A stretch of DNA of 64,000 bases from Dehalococcoidia bacterium (lineage in GTDB: Bacteria > Chloroflexota > Dehalococcoidia > UBA2979), in contig OZ253555.1 in the NCBI GenBank assembly GCA_965262725.1, positions 2,560,001 to 2,624,000 on the forward strand, in the 5' to 3' direction. Both the position numbers and the translations under genes were made by a program. The notes beneath the pieces were generated by a model. The model was not told the DNA's origin. It saw nothing but the letters and a program-made list of their open reading frames with translations, and did not search any database. Position 1 is the stretch's first letter, and each line of letters opens with the position of its first letter. Below are positions 1-10,395 of this stretch, piece by piece.

Positions 1-275
1 TCAACAGGATCCAGTCGGTGAACCCCGAACTGGTCGCCATCGAGGCGCGCCGTCTCGCCGACCGCAGGCCACCAGACGCCGCCGTCGAGAGACCGCACCT
101 GGAGCGCTACGACCGACCTGCCCCGCTCCTCGATGGCTACGATGCGCTGCTCTCGGGTGATTCCCGATGGCCCGGCACGTCGCCGGGCGGGCGCTCCCGC
201 GCTCCGCGGTCTGCCGAGAACGCGTCGCACACCACCACAACCGCCGTCACCGCTGCGGTGTCGACGGCACGCTGA
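1..275 (+). CDS. istA: IS21 transposase IstA, C-terminal part (partial at window edge)
   Basis: Same sequence as the C-terminus of the 27680..29314 ORF. Confidence 0.9.
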   Translation, partial: NRIQSVNPELVAIEARRLADRRPPDAAVERPHLERYDRPAPLLDGYDALLSGDSRWPGTSPGGRSRAPRSAENASHTTTTAVTAAVSTAR

Positions 276-291
276 CCACAGGAGGCACCCG

Positions 292-1074
292 ATGACAGCA
301 CCCCTCACCGACCAGGCCGCGGAGCTGACAATCGAGGCGATCTGCCGCGAGCTCCGTCTCCCCACCGTCAGGAAGCAGGCGCTCCCGCTCGCCGAAGCCG
401 CGGTCCGAGACCGGATCACCCATCTGGGCTATCTCGCCGAAGTGCTGGGAGCCGAACGCGATGACCGTGAGGAGCGGCGCCGTCAGCGCCGTATCGTCGA
501 GGCGCGGTTCCCGCGTTTCAAGTACCTCGCCGACTTCGACCTCGAGGCGGCGCCGACAGTCGACGCGCCGGCGCTCGCCACGCTGGAGCGCTGCGACTGG
601 GTCGAAAGGGGCGAGCCCGTCGTCCTGCTCGGTGACAGCGGCACCGGGAAGTCACACCTGCTCATCGGCCTCGGCATGGCCGCCTGCCACCTGGGGCTGC
701 GCGTGCGGTACATGACCACGGCCGCCCTGGTGAATGAACTGGCCGAAGCGTCGGATGATCGCGCGCTCTCACGCCTCGTCGCCCGCTACGGCCGCCTCGA
801 CCTGCTCTGCCTGGATGAGTTCGGGTACGTCCACCTCGACCCGCGCGGTGCCGAAATGCTGTTCCAGATCCTGACCGAGCGCGAGGAACGGGCATCGGTC
901 GCCGTCGCCTCCAACTCCCCGTTCTCCGAGTGGGGCCGCATCTTCACCGACCCTCGTCTCGCCGCGGCCGTCGTTGACCGCCTCACCTACCGTGCCCATA
1001 TCATCGAGACCGGCACCGAGTCCTACCGGCTCCGGGCCTCGACCTCCCCGAGAGGAGGTGCCCCAACGACCTGA
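292..1074 (+). CDS. istB: IS21 helper ATPase IstB
   Basis: AGGAGG RBS before ATG 292; Walker A GDSGTGKSHL, Walker B LLCLDEFGY, DRL motif. Confidence 0.93.
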   Translation: MTAPLTDQAAELTIEAICRELRLPTVRKQALPLAEAAVRDRITHLGYLAEVLGAERDDREERRRQRRIVEARFPRFKYLADFDLEAAPTVDAPALATLERCDWVERGEPVVLLGDSGTGKSHLLIGLGMAACHLGLRVRYMTTAALVNELAEASDDRALSRLVARYGRLDLLCLDEFGYVHLDPRGAEMLFQILTEREERASVAVASNSPFSEWGRIFTDPRLAAAVVDRLTYRAHIIETGTESYRLRASTSPRGGAPTT

Positions 1075-1141
1075 TCCCGGTCCCCGGGGGTGGGGCCAGA
1101 TCAGAGGATCAAAGTGGGGCCAGATGTAAGCATCATTCCCA

Positions 1142-2756
1142 GTCCCGGTCCAACCGGTGCAGGTAGACATTGGCCAGCAGCGGGGACATCACCCCGCCCT
1201 GCGGCGTACCCGTCGCGCTGTGCTGCACGACCCCCGACTCCATCACACCGGCACGCAGCATCGCCCGTACCAGCTTCAGGAGATTGCGGTCGCATATCCG
1301 TTCCTCGACGGCCGTCATCAGACGGTCGTGTAGGGTCAGGGGCTGGCGCGGTGCGAGCCGTAGGCGGTGGCGCATCAGTTCCAAGCCGGTTTCCCGGTGG
1401 TGCCCAACTCCACGGCCATAGCAGCGTCCGTCTCCAGCCCCTGCCACATCGAACCGGACGTGAGGTTCTCCCTCATCCGGCTCACCGATGCCCTTCACCA
1501 GATGGCATGCAGCGCTCCCCACAACGTGGGTCGTGCCTTGGCCAGCCGGTACAGCATGTGCGGAGAGCCTCGAACCCTACCAAGTGGTTGCTAGCCCCGA
1601 GGGGCACTCACCAGTCCACACCCCCAGCAACATGCACGGACAAAGTAGGGGTCCTTCCCATCACCGGCGGTTATGTTGTCCGTCCGGCTCCAGCGGTACT
1701 ACGACCCCCTCCGCCACCCTTCCGGCTGGCTGTCCACTTCCCGGCTCTGACCGGTTATAGGACGCCTCGCTCCGACGCCCTCTCACAGGGTGCCGGGCCG
1801 GGGAGGGCTTCTCCGGTTCCCGTCGCTACCTTCCGTACGTTCCACGTCCCATACGCCGGGAGGTTTCTTGAGGCTGCATTCCAGGATCTTCACCTCGTCC
1901 ATGGCCTTCGCCCTGACCACCCGGGCTCGGCTCCTCCTTGGTCCTGTCAATAGACAGGCGAGTCTCACGGCGCGGCAGACTTCGCGTCATGCTGCGGACC
2001 GCACGTTTGCTCCCCCTCATAGGGCTCTTGACGTCGGGCTTCGACGCAGACCGTTTCCCGTCCACGCCGCCGACCTGCTAACGGGCCTCCTGACAGTTAC
2101 CCGTGCCGGACTCTCACCGGCTGGCAGCAACGAGCATGTCTCCGGACCGGTCACGTCATCACGTCACCACCCCTTCGACTTCCGGACGCACGCGGTATCG
2201 ACTCGAAACACGAGGCGATGTCCGTCTCCACTACCCACCGCCTGCCCCGCCACGCCTCGTCAATGAGGACCTGCAGGGCGTCATGGGCCGAACGCTTCGG
2301 GCGGAAGCCGAAGCTGCATGGCAGGAAGTCGGCCTCGAAGACCGGCTCCGTCACGAGCTTCAGCGACGCCTGCACGATGCGGTCGCGGACCGAAGGAATC
2401 GAGAGCGGGCGCTCTTCCGACCGACCGGGCTTGGGTATCCAGACCCGGCGGCTCGGCTGCACCCGGTAGCTTCCCTCCTTCAGTTCCGTGGCCAGTTCAT
2501 CCAGCAGGCGCTCCACGCCGTAGCGCTCGACCTCGGCGAGCGTGACGCCGTCGATACCGGCTGCGCCGCGATTGCGACGCACCTGCTCCCACGCGCGCTC
2601 CAGAATGTCTCTGCGATAAACCTTGTCGTAGAGCGCATGAAAGCGTCTATTGGGGTCGGCCTTGGCCGCCCGGTAAAGCGTGCGTTGTAGTGTTCGGACC
2701 TTGTCTTGGATGGAGTTAGCCGCTTGGGCACTCACCGATTCATCCCTACTCCCCAC
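1142..2756 (-). pseudogene. ltrA: Group II intron reverse transcriptase/maturase, split (2756..2192 + 1329..1142)
   Basis: RT motifs GAAGIDG, IPKPG..RPLSIP..RDRIVQ, SFGFRP, DIASCFESIP|HDRL and GTPQGGVMSPLLANVYL; removing 1330..2191 restores the frame; truncated by IS21. Confidence 0.9.
1330..2191 (-). mobile_element. ORF-less group II intron (inner intron of a twintron)
   Basis: 5' GTGCG at 2191; domain V GAGCCGGATGAGGGAGAACCTCACGTCCGGTTC near 1483..1451; 3' end ...CCTGACCCTAC at 1330; only short RT remnants in domain IV. Confidence 0.9.
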
Positions 2757-3307
2757 GCGTGAGCAAAGCAGGGGTCCTTCCCATCACCGGCGGTTGTGTT
2801 GTCCGTCCGGCTCAAGCGGTACTACGACCCCCTCCGTCACCCTTCCGGCTAGCTGCCCACTTCCCGGCTTTGACCGGTTATAGGGCACCTCGCTCCGACA
2901 CCATCTCGCAGGGTGCCGGGCCGGGGAGGGCTTCTCCCGTTCCCGTCGCTACCTTCCAAACGTTCCACGCCCCTTACGCCGGGAGGTTCCTTGAGGCTGC
3001 AGCGCAACGCGCATTCAGGATCTTCACCTCGTCCATGGCCTTCGCCCTGAATTGCCGGGCTCGGCTCCTCCACTATCCGTTAACGACGCGGCAGGCTTCG
3101 CTTGATGCTGCGGACCGCTTGGTTGCTCCCCCTGATAGGGCTCTTGACGTCGGGCTTCGACGTGGACCGTTTCCCGTCCGCGCCGCCGACCTGCTAACGG
3201 GCCTCCTGACAGTTACCCGTGCCGGACTCGCACCGGCTGGCAACGACGAGCATGTCTCCAGACCGGTTACGTCATCACGTCACCCGCCCTTCGACTTCGG
3301 GACACAC

Positions 3308-3353
3308 CAACCTCGCCGGCTATCTCAATCGCATTTCCAATTCAGGACACTAG
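3308..3353 (+). mobile_element. IS630-type right end (host site of the outer intron)
   Basis: CAACCTCGCCGGCTATCTCAATCGCATTTCCAATTCAGGACACTAG matches the ends of the MITEs at 21930..22116 and 25217..25402; encodes ...NLAGYLNRISNSGH*, typical of an IS630 transposase C-terminus. Confidence 0.85.
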
Positions 3354-3957
3354 GCACCTGCGGGACTTCAACAGGAAGGAGCGAGTCATCCTCCTCCGCG
3401 AAGCACTCGGCGAAGACACGTTCACGCTCGATACGAGCTTCAGGGAGCGGCTGGGAGCGAAGGTCGGCGTGAATATCCCTGCTGACGCGTTCGTTGCAAT
3501 GGACTACCACCTCGACTGGTTGCAGATGGCCCTGTACTTCGCCGCAACACCTTCGCCACCGTCCCCCATTCCGAACGACGATCTGTTCATGGCCAATCCG
3601 GAGGACACCGATCTACTCATCGCGTTCGACGAGGACGAGACGACCCACATCGTGCTGCTCGAGGCGAAGATGGAGACCGGCTGGATCAACGAACAGCTGC
3701 ACTCGAAGGCGCAGCGACTCGATCTGATCTTCGGGGCCGGCCGGCCGGGCGTGAATCTTGCCACCCCCTACTTCGTGTTGGCGTCACCGAAGCAGTCAGA
3801 GCAGATCCTGGTCAGCGGGTGGCCCGCGTGGATGACTCGTCGCGGCGTGCCGCTCTGGATGGCGTTGCCGCGACCGCCGGGGCTTCAGAAGGTGACGCGT
3901 TGCACGGCCGACGGGAAACGATCCAAATCGGGCCTGTCCCTGAAGCTCCGCTCGTAG
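3352..3957 (+). pseudogene. Hypothetical protein with a PD-(D/E)XK-like motif, N-terminus cut by the IS630-type insertion
   Basis: Frame is open from 3352 (RHLRDFNRKER...); D.DLL...IVLLEAK motif. Confidence 0.55.
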
Positions 3958-4190
3958 CCCGAGACGCCGATCCAGCCGATTACCGCCACCCCAGCCCAAG
4001 CGTCAGCCCGCAGCCCCGGTCTTCCAGAGGATTGAACGAAGAAGGTGCCCGCCGAGCAATTGTGTCGGGTGGCCGTGGCGGCACTGACAACGGCGTTGCT
4101 CGTCGACATCGACCCTCAGTCCATGAAGCTGAGACTCATGCGCGGTGCATGCGAAGGTGGGGGGAGGTGGGCGGATCTGCCCGCGAGTCC

Positions 4191-5017
4191 CTATGAGACT
4201 TCGATTTCCAGGCGGCAGTGGTCGCTGGGACCCCACTGATCCGGCTCGCTGAGCGCGCTCACTCTCACGGAATCCGCAAGTCCCCTCGAGACGAAGGCGA
4301 AGTCCAGCTGCCGTGTCGCGGTCTCCGGCGTCTGGCTACTCGTGTAGTAGGTCGGGACGTTCTTGCTTCCCTCGGGCAGCTCACGCGGGCACGGATCCGC
4401 CTGGCGCCCGCGCGGGGCCTGGGGCCCACGAAGGGGAGCCCCAGTGCCCCCATCCTGTCGAACACGGTTCCGTAGCGCGAGGCCCAGTACCTGCTGCCGT
4501 AGTCTCCGTACCCATGGAGAATGTTGAGGTCGCCGGCCGCCAGGATGCTGTGACCGGACTGGCGGCCGATCAGCGCGGAGAGGTCAGAGACGACACGGTG
4601 CGCAGAGGCATCCGAGAGAATCCAGCTGCTGCCGGTGGAGGCGTGGGGCCTGCTCCAGAGCGAGTACATCGAGACGGCGAAGAAGGGCTCGATCTCGGGG
4701 GCGGGGACGGGCGCGACGGCGAGCGAGCCGGAACGTCTGACGGCCAAGTCGTTCCCGGTCGCGTCCTCGAGCGATCTCGCCTCGATCCACTCCACCGTGA
4801 CGCGCTGCGAGAGCCTGGCGACGGCCGTCCGCCAGGGCCGCGAGGCGTCCGTGCCGGCGGTCGACCAGGACGCCTCGTCGACATCGACTCGCCCGGCCAC
4901 GTCCTGCGGGGGCTCTGCGGCCTCTTGCAGGAGCGCGACGTCGGCGCCCATCTCGGCAAGGATGCGCCACGACTCGGGGTTGCGCCGGACGTTCCAGGAG
5001 ACGATCTTCACGGTCAA
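4191..5017 (-). pseudogene. Endonuclease/exonuclease/phosphatase (EEP) family protein with a frameshift near 4420
   Basis: IVSWNV, DVALLQEA and AGDLN motifs; the C-terminal QLDFAF...GPSDHC is in another frame, ending at TAG 4191..4193. Confidence 0.8.
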
Positions 5018-5410
5018 CGGGCAGACGTACCTTCGTGCTCACGAACATGGCCCGCGGATGCGGAGCGAACCCGTGCAGTCGGCGGCGATTGTAGCGGCAG
5101 GGCGCCGAACCTCCCGCCCCGAGTTCGATCCGCGACCGCTGATCGCCCGCCCGACGGCGCGCCGGGTGTCGTGACATTCGACTCGCAGGCAGCGAGGCGT
5201 CCGGCGGCACGACTCACCCGCGCCACTGGCGCTCTTGGCGCAACAGCGCCCGCTCGTCGCCGGCCTGTGCTGGACGCGAGACCCGGCGCTGATCCCAGCG
5301 CGATCGTTGGGTGGCGGGGCGATATGGTCTCGCCACCGATCTTCTGGGGATTCGGCACGTTGGTTTAGGTCGTCCTTGCGACCAGACTAGGCCCGCAGGC
5401 AGGTGATGAC

Positions 5411-7159
5411 ATGCAGATCCGACAGATCGACATTCGGCACTTTCGTGGGTTTGACTCGCTGCGCATTACGCCATCGGGCCACGTACTCCTTGTGGGTGAG
5501 CCCCGCGCAGGTCGGTCTGATGTCGTGGAGGCTCTGACTCGAGTCTTCGATCCCGACGCCACCCGAGCACCGCTCACCGAGGACTTGGACTTCTTTCGGC
5601 GGGGCACTGGGACCAGGGCGGAGGTCGAAGTCGTCATCGGCGATCTTGGGGTTGAGTTGGAGCAGCGATTCTTTGACCAGATCGAGTTTTGGGACGCCTC
5701 CCACGGGTCGCTGGTGCCTGCAGCAGGCCCGGGAGAAGTTGCACTCGAAGACTGGGAGCCAGTGGTTCGCCTCTGCTATCGAGCCGAGTGGCAACAGAGC
5801 GAACAGCTCGCCGATCACTGGGTCGACTTCCCAAAATTCTCCGATCCCGACGCGGATGACGTCCGCCGGATTCGGCGTGTCGATCACGCAGCGCTTCCCT
5901 TCCAGCGCGTGAATGCGTCGGGTCTCCCGCTGAGGCTCACATCCCGCTCGCCCTTTCGACGGATTGTGGCCCAGTCGGATGGCGACGACTTCCCGGAAGC
6001 ACTCGACCGGATGGTGGAGGAACTCCGCGGCGGTTCCGGAGAGTTCACTGCTAGTGCTCAAGTGCAGGCTGCTCTGAAGGCAGTCTTTCGCGATATTTCC
6101 CATCCGCTCCGGGTGCCCGACACACTGCCTGAAGATATGGTGAAGTTCATCCCTGACGGAGGGTCGCTTCCGTTTCTGCTCCGGTCCTTCAGCCCTACGG
6201 TCGATCTCGGCGACGAGGCAGGTCAACTTCCCATACAGCGGCACGGGTCGACGACCGAGGCTCTCATGGCAACGGGCGAAGCACTTGCCACTATGCACGG
6301 TGGGTCGGCCATCGTCGTAGTCGATGACTTCGGTGAGGGAATGGACGCGGCGTCCGCAAAGTTCGCTGCACAAGCTCTCCGAGCGGCGGCGCGGCAGGGG
6401 TGGGTGTCTACAAGAAGAGGATCAGTCGCGGAAGCATTCCGCCCCTCGGAGATGGTGCGTCTGGCCCGGACAACCGATTCGAAACGATCGTCCTTCCAGG
6501 GCAAAGAGCCCAGTAGCAGAGCGGAGCGACTCGCTGCGCGCCACCTGGCGTTACAGCTGCTACCCGCGATCGCGGCCCGCGCACTGATCGTGGTCGAGGG
6601 TCCCCATGATCACGCTGCATACCAAGCGCTCGCGACCCGGCTGTTCGAGGACGAGGGGATCCCTCCCCCAGGTGCACACGGTGTACACCTCATCCACGCG
6701 GCGGCTGCAGATTCGGCAGGGGGGTCGAGCGCGACGGCCCGACTTGCCAGAGCTGCGCAGGGCCTTGGGTTTCGGGTCGCAACTGTCATTGACCACGACG
6801 GCGATGGCCACCAAGCACAGGCTGAGCTGGAGGCGAATCTTGAGTCAGCCGACGCGGTTGTGCGCCTGCCGACGCGAGTTGCCGTGGAACGCGCTCTGGT
6901 GAAGGGGTTGGCCGCCGCCACGCTTCGGTCCGTCATCAGTGATCTGGATACCGCATTCGACCTGCAGATCGAGGTGGCTGGCACGGCGGACGCGGACTTG
7001 GAAGATTTGGCTGTCCGTACGCTGAAATCGCGCGGTGGATTCCACGCGCAGTTCGTCGAGGCACTTCCGCCGGGCTGCATTCCGGGAATCGCTCGTCGAG
7101 TGCTGGAGACAGGTTTGCGTTGCGCCCTGGGCGAAGAACAGGGTCATCAGCAACTGTGA
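5411..7159 (+). CDS. OLD-family ATP-dependent nuclease (GajA-like): ABC-ATPase-like domain plus TOPRIM
   Basis: N-terminal I..FRG motif; degenerate Walker A GEPRAGRS; TOPRIM LIVVEGPHD and DHD; overlaps the UvrD gene by GTGA. Confidence 0.78.
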   Translation: MQIRQIDIRHFRGFDSLRITPSGHVLLVGEPRAGRSDVVEALTRVFDPDATRAPLTEDLDFFRRGTGTRAEVEVVIGDLGVELEQRFFDQIEFWDASHGSLVPAAGPGEVALEDWEPVVRLCYRAEWQQSEQLADHWVDFPKFSDPDADDVRRIRRVDHAALPFQRVNASGLPLRLTSRSPFRRIVAQSDGDDFPEALDRMVEELRGGSGEFTASAQVQAALKAVFRDISHPLRVPDTLPEDMVKFIPDGGSLPFLLRSFSPTVDLGDEAGQLPIQRHGSTTEALMATGEALATMHGGSAIVVVDDFGEGMDAASAKFAAQALRAAARQGWVSTRRGSVAEAFRPSEMVRLARTTDSKRSSFQGKEPSSRAERLAARHLALQLLPAIAARALIVVEGPHDHAAYQALATRLFEDEGIPPPGAHGVHLIHAAAADSAGGSSATARLARAAQGLGFRVATVIDHDGDGHQAQAELEANLESADAVVRLPTRVAVERALVKGLAAATLRSVISDLDTAFDLQIEVAGTADADLEDLAVRTLKSRGGFHAQFVEALPPGCIPGIARRVLETGLRCALGEEQGHQQL

Positions 7160-8796
7160 AGTTCGGTGATCTGTCGGACCAGCAACAGTCCGTGGTCACG
7201 GTGTCGGGTTCTACGACTCTCGTGCTCGGAGGTGCGGGAACCGGCAAGACCACAGCGGCCCTGTGGGTGGCGCGAACCGCCATCGAGCAAGGCGATGTTG
7301 GCCCCCACCAGAGGGTGTTGTTCCTGACCTTTTCGCGCACCGCGGTAAGCCAGATCGCCTCAAGATCGCTTGGTGTACTCGACGCGATCCGCGAGCGTGT
7401 CGAAGTGTCCACGTTTCATGCGTTCGGCCTGCGAATGCTGCAGGACTTTGGCCGATACACAGGCCTCGGCGCGGGGATACCGCGTGTGCAGTCTGTAGCT
7501 CGCGAACGACTGCTTGGGCGAGACCCCGCGTCTACTACCTACGACGAACTGGTACCGGCGGCGATTCGCATTCTCGGGGCGCCCCGAGTTGGGCCCCTCA
7601 TCGAGCGGCGCTGGCCGTTGGTCATCTGCGACGAATTCCAAGACACGAGCCCTGAGCAATGGGAGCTGCTCCGCCAGCTCTCACGGCACGCCCGGATGGT
7701 TCTTCTCGCCGACCCCAACCAGATGATCTACACCTTTGTACCCGGTGTAAGCCCGGAGCGACTGCAAACAGCACGAGCGCACGCCGACGTAGTGACCACA
7801 CTGCAGCCGAGTTCATTTCGAGATCCGAGTGGGTGCATCCCAGTGATGGCTGGAGCGATTCGAGAGCGGCGATTCTCATCCCAGGAAGTGCGTCACGCTG
7901 TGGCCGAAGGGCGCCTGACCGTGCACGCGGGCGTTACCGACGAAGCGGTAGTCGCAGTCATCAGGGCGGAGTTACAGGTCGCGAGAGAGACGGCCCTCCG
8001 CTCCGTAGGGATCTTTGCTCACTCGAACGAAGGCGTTGCGCAGCTTGGCGCAAGTCTTGCTGACGACGGAATAGAACATGCGCTTGTCGGCATCCCCGAG
8101 GCGCAGGGAGAGGCTCTGGCTACGCTCGCCGCGCTTTGTGGGTACGGCGCAGGCCTTGTTGACGAAGAGGGCGTCGGACAGGCGCTGGGAACGTTTCTTA
8201 CCGCCTGCACGCGTGGTGCCCCACCGGGTCTAGCGAAAGGCATGGCGTTTGGGAGCCCACTACTTCCCAGTGGGCTCCTCGTTCGCCTCCAGACTCTGAA
8301 GGAGGCACTCCTCCAAGCCTCACAAGAGAACCTCGATCGCCTAGTGGCCACTGCATGTGGTGCCTGGGACCAACTTGGCATTATTGGTGGCAGCCGCCCC
8401 TGGCGGCTGGCCGCAATCCGTTTCGCCGCATCCGCTCGACGTCTGACTCAACGTGACCGCCCGCTGCAGGAGTCGGTACTGCAACTGATTCAACAGGCCG
8501 AGCGTGACCGCGCGTCAGTCCTGGTTGGGAACGACTTCGTCGACCATCACCCGGTGCAGATCATGAACTTCCACCAGACAAAGGGAAGGGAGGTCGACCA
8601 GGTCATCCTTCTCTACCGCTCAGGTGACTACCTAGCGGACCGCCGTGCAACTGAGCCGTTTGCCGATGCATCACGTGTCCTCTATGTGGCACTCACTCGC
8701 GCTCGGCAGCGGGTCGTCGTCATGCTGCCCAGCGATCCACATCCGCTGATCGCGCCTTTCGGCCAACTTCTAGATCCGCCACACTGGTCGTCGTGA
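7156..8796 (+). CDS. UvrD/REP superfamily 1 helicase (GajB-like)
   Basis: GGAGTGKT, LTFSR, STFHAF, DEFQD, DPNQMIY, HQTKGRE and LYVALTRAR motifs; GTG 7156 is coupled to the upstream stop. Confidence 0.88.
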   Translation: MKFGDLSDQQQSVVTVSGSTTLVLGGAGTGKTTAALWVARTAIEQGDVGPHQRVLFLTFSRTAVSQIASRSLGVLDAIRERVEVSTFHAFGLRMLQDFGRYTGLGAGIPRVQSVARERLLGRDPASTTYDELVPAAIRILGAPRVGPLIERRWPLVICDEFQDTSPEQWELLRQLSRHARMVLLADPNQMIYTFVPGVSPERLQTARAHADVVTTLQPSSFRDPSGCIPVMAGAIRERRFSSQEVRHAVAEGRLTVHAGVTDEAVVAVIRAELQVARETALRSVGIFAHSNEGVAQLGASLADDGIEHALVGIPEAQGEALATLAALCGYGAGLVDEEGVGQALGTFLTACTRGAPPGLAKGMAFGSPLLPSGLLVRLQTLKEALLQASQENLDRLVATACGAWDQLGIIGGSRPWRLAAIRFAASARRLTQRDRPLQESVLQLIQQAERDRASVLVGNDFVDHHPVQIMNFHQTKGREVDQVILLYRSGDYLADRRATEPFADASRVLYVALTRARQRVVVMLPSDPHPLIAPFGQLLDPPHWSS

Positions 8797-9118
8797 TGGC
8801 GCAGACGCCGTGCCTCGTTCGTGGCACGACCCCCAGTCCATGAATCTGAGGCCCCAGTGACACCCCGCATCCGCCTCCCCGAACGATGCCTCGATGCCGG
8901 AGCGCCCCTCCCCCATGCCGAATGTAGCGATCGAGCGCGGAGTCCCGCTCGGCGACTCATCAACCGCTAGACCTGGCGTGCGAGCTACCCGACTCGCACG
9001 ACCTACGCCCTCCTGCGGCCCCTGGTGCGCCACGATGTGACCAGACTAAGATCACGCGCCTAACTCGCTGGCCAGCAATGGCGAGCGCCAAGACCTCCGA
9101 GAGGAAAGGAGCCGGGTT

Positions 9119-10388
9119 GTGGCCGGACACCGCGGACTGATTGCCGAGCTCAACCGGCAGACTAAGCAGGACGCCAGGCGGCGGGAGCAGAGGCAGCGGC
9201 ATGCAGCGTGAAGAGGCAGCCGCGCAACGGAAAGCAGAGCAAGCGGTGAGGGCGGAGCAGCGGGCCAGGGCCCAAGCGGAAAGGGCGCGCGCTGCCGAGC
9301 AGAGGCATACTGACCAGGAGGCCAAGCGTCTCCACATTGAGTCGATGGAGGCCGAGGTGTCTGCCCGGAACGCAGCACTTGCGGCCACCTATGGCGAGAT
9401 CGACAGCATCCTCGCCCACACGCTGGAGGTCGACGACTACGTCGACCTCGAAACGTTGCGCCGGGTTGCGGAGCACCCGCCGTTCGAGCCGGGGCAGTTA
9501 GCCACTCCCAATTCGCGGCCTGACCCCATCAAGCCGCCGCTTCGTCCCAAATTCGTCGCACCAACTGGCAAACCGAAGAAGTTCTCTCTGGTGCCCGGTG
9601 CCAAGAAGAGGTATGCCGCGTTGCTGGCACAGGCACAGGCCGACCATGACGAAGCCGTCCGTGCTTGGGAGTCGGAGGTCGCGAGTGTCCCCACGCGGCA
9701 AGAGGAAAAGGACCGTGCGTATGAGGCTGCGGAGAATCTCCGTGTGCAGCAACTCGAGGCCGCGAAAGCAAACCACGACACGGAGTGCGAGCAGCGCGAG
9801 GCCGAGGTCGCTGAAGCGAATCGCGCTCTCGACGAACTCATCACGAACCTCGCGTACGGCGTCGAGGATGCCGTACAGGAGTATGTATCGATCGTCTTGG
9901 GGAACTCCGTGTACCGCGACTCGTTCCCTGTAGCGCACGAGTTCGCCTTCGACTCGACGCAGGGTGAGTTGACACTGAAGGCCACTGTACCCGCGCCCTC
10001 CTCGATGCCAAGCATCCGCCAATACAAGTACATCAAGGCACGCGATGAAATCACGGAGACCGCGCTGTCCCAGAAGGAACAGAGGGAGCGCTACGCAAAC
10101 GCGGTGGCCCAAGTCGCCGTCAGGACGCTGCATGAGATATTCGAGGCTGACCGGACGGGCCGCATTCAGACGATCTCGCTCACGGTTGCAACCCAGACGA
10201 TCGACCCTGGCACGGGCCACATGACCGACATTCCATTCGTTGCGGTCGCGTCGGACCGTGCGACCTTCGAGTCCCTCGAGCTCACGAACGTCGTGCCAGC
10301 CGCTACTCTTGCACACCTAAAGGCCGCTGTGTCGAAGAACCCGTTCGCGTTAGTGGCGATTGACCTGTCCAAGGGCGTCCGGGGCTAA
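9119..10388 (+). CDS. Uncharacterised coiled-coil protein; probable true start GTG 9119 with a frameshift near 9200 (main frame 9141..10388)
   Basis: GAAAGGAG RBS before GTG 9119 (MAGHRGLIAELNRQ...); long Ala/Glu/Arg-rich helical N-half and a globular C-half; ends 7 bp before the next gene. Confidence 0.65.
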
Positions 10389-10395
10389 CTCGGAC

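Larger units (their letters stand above)
1..1141 (+). mobile_element. IS21-family element A, right part (copy 1; continues beyond the left window edge)
   Basis: Matches 29040..30180 by eye; ends in repeated GTGGGGCCAGAT boxes and terminal ...CATCATTCCCA at 1141; interrupts a group II intron RT gene. Confidence 0.93.
1142..3307 (-). mobile_element. Group II intron (outer, RT-encoding), 5' part; interrupted by an inner intron and cut by IS21 at 1141/1142
   Basis: 5' GTGTG at 3307 on the minus strand; domain I-III sequence strongly similar to the inner intron; RT ORF starts near 2756; YADD and domains V/VI not present in the window. Confidence 0.85.

Noticed and set aside
5376-5391. TG(C/T)GACCAGACTA(G/A)G shared upstream of the OLD gene and the 9119 gene (~9036..9050) as a dedicated operator
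   Set aside because: Only two copies, and explainable as a CAGACT-type -10 element; too weak to call
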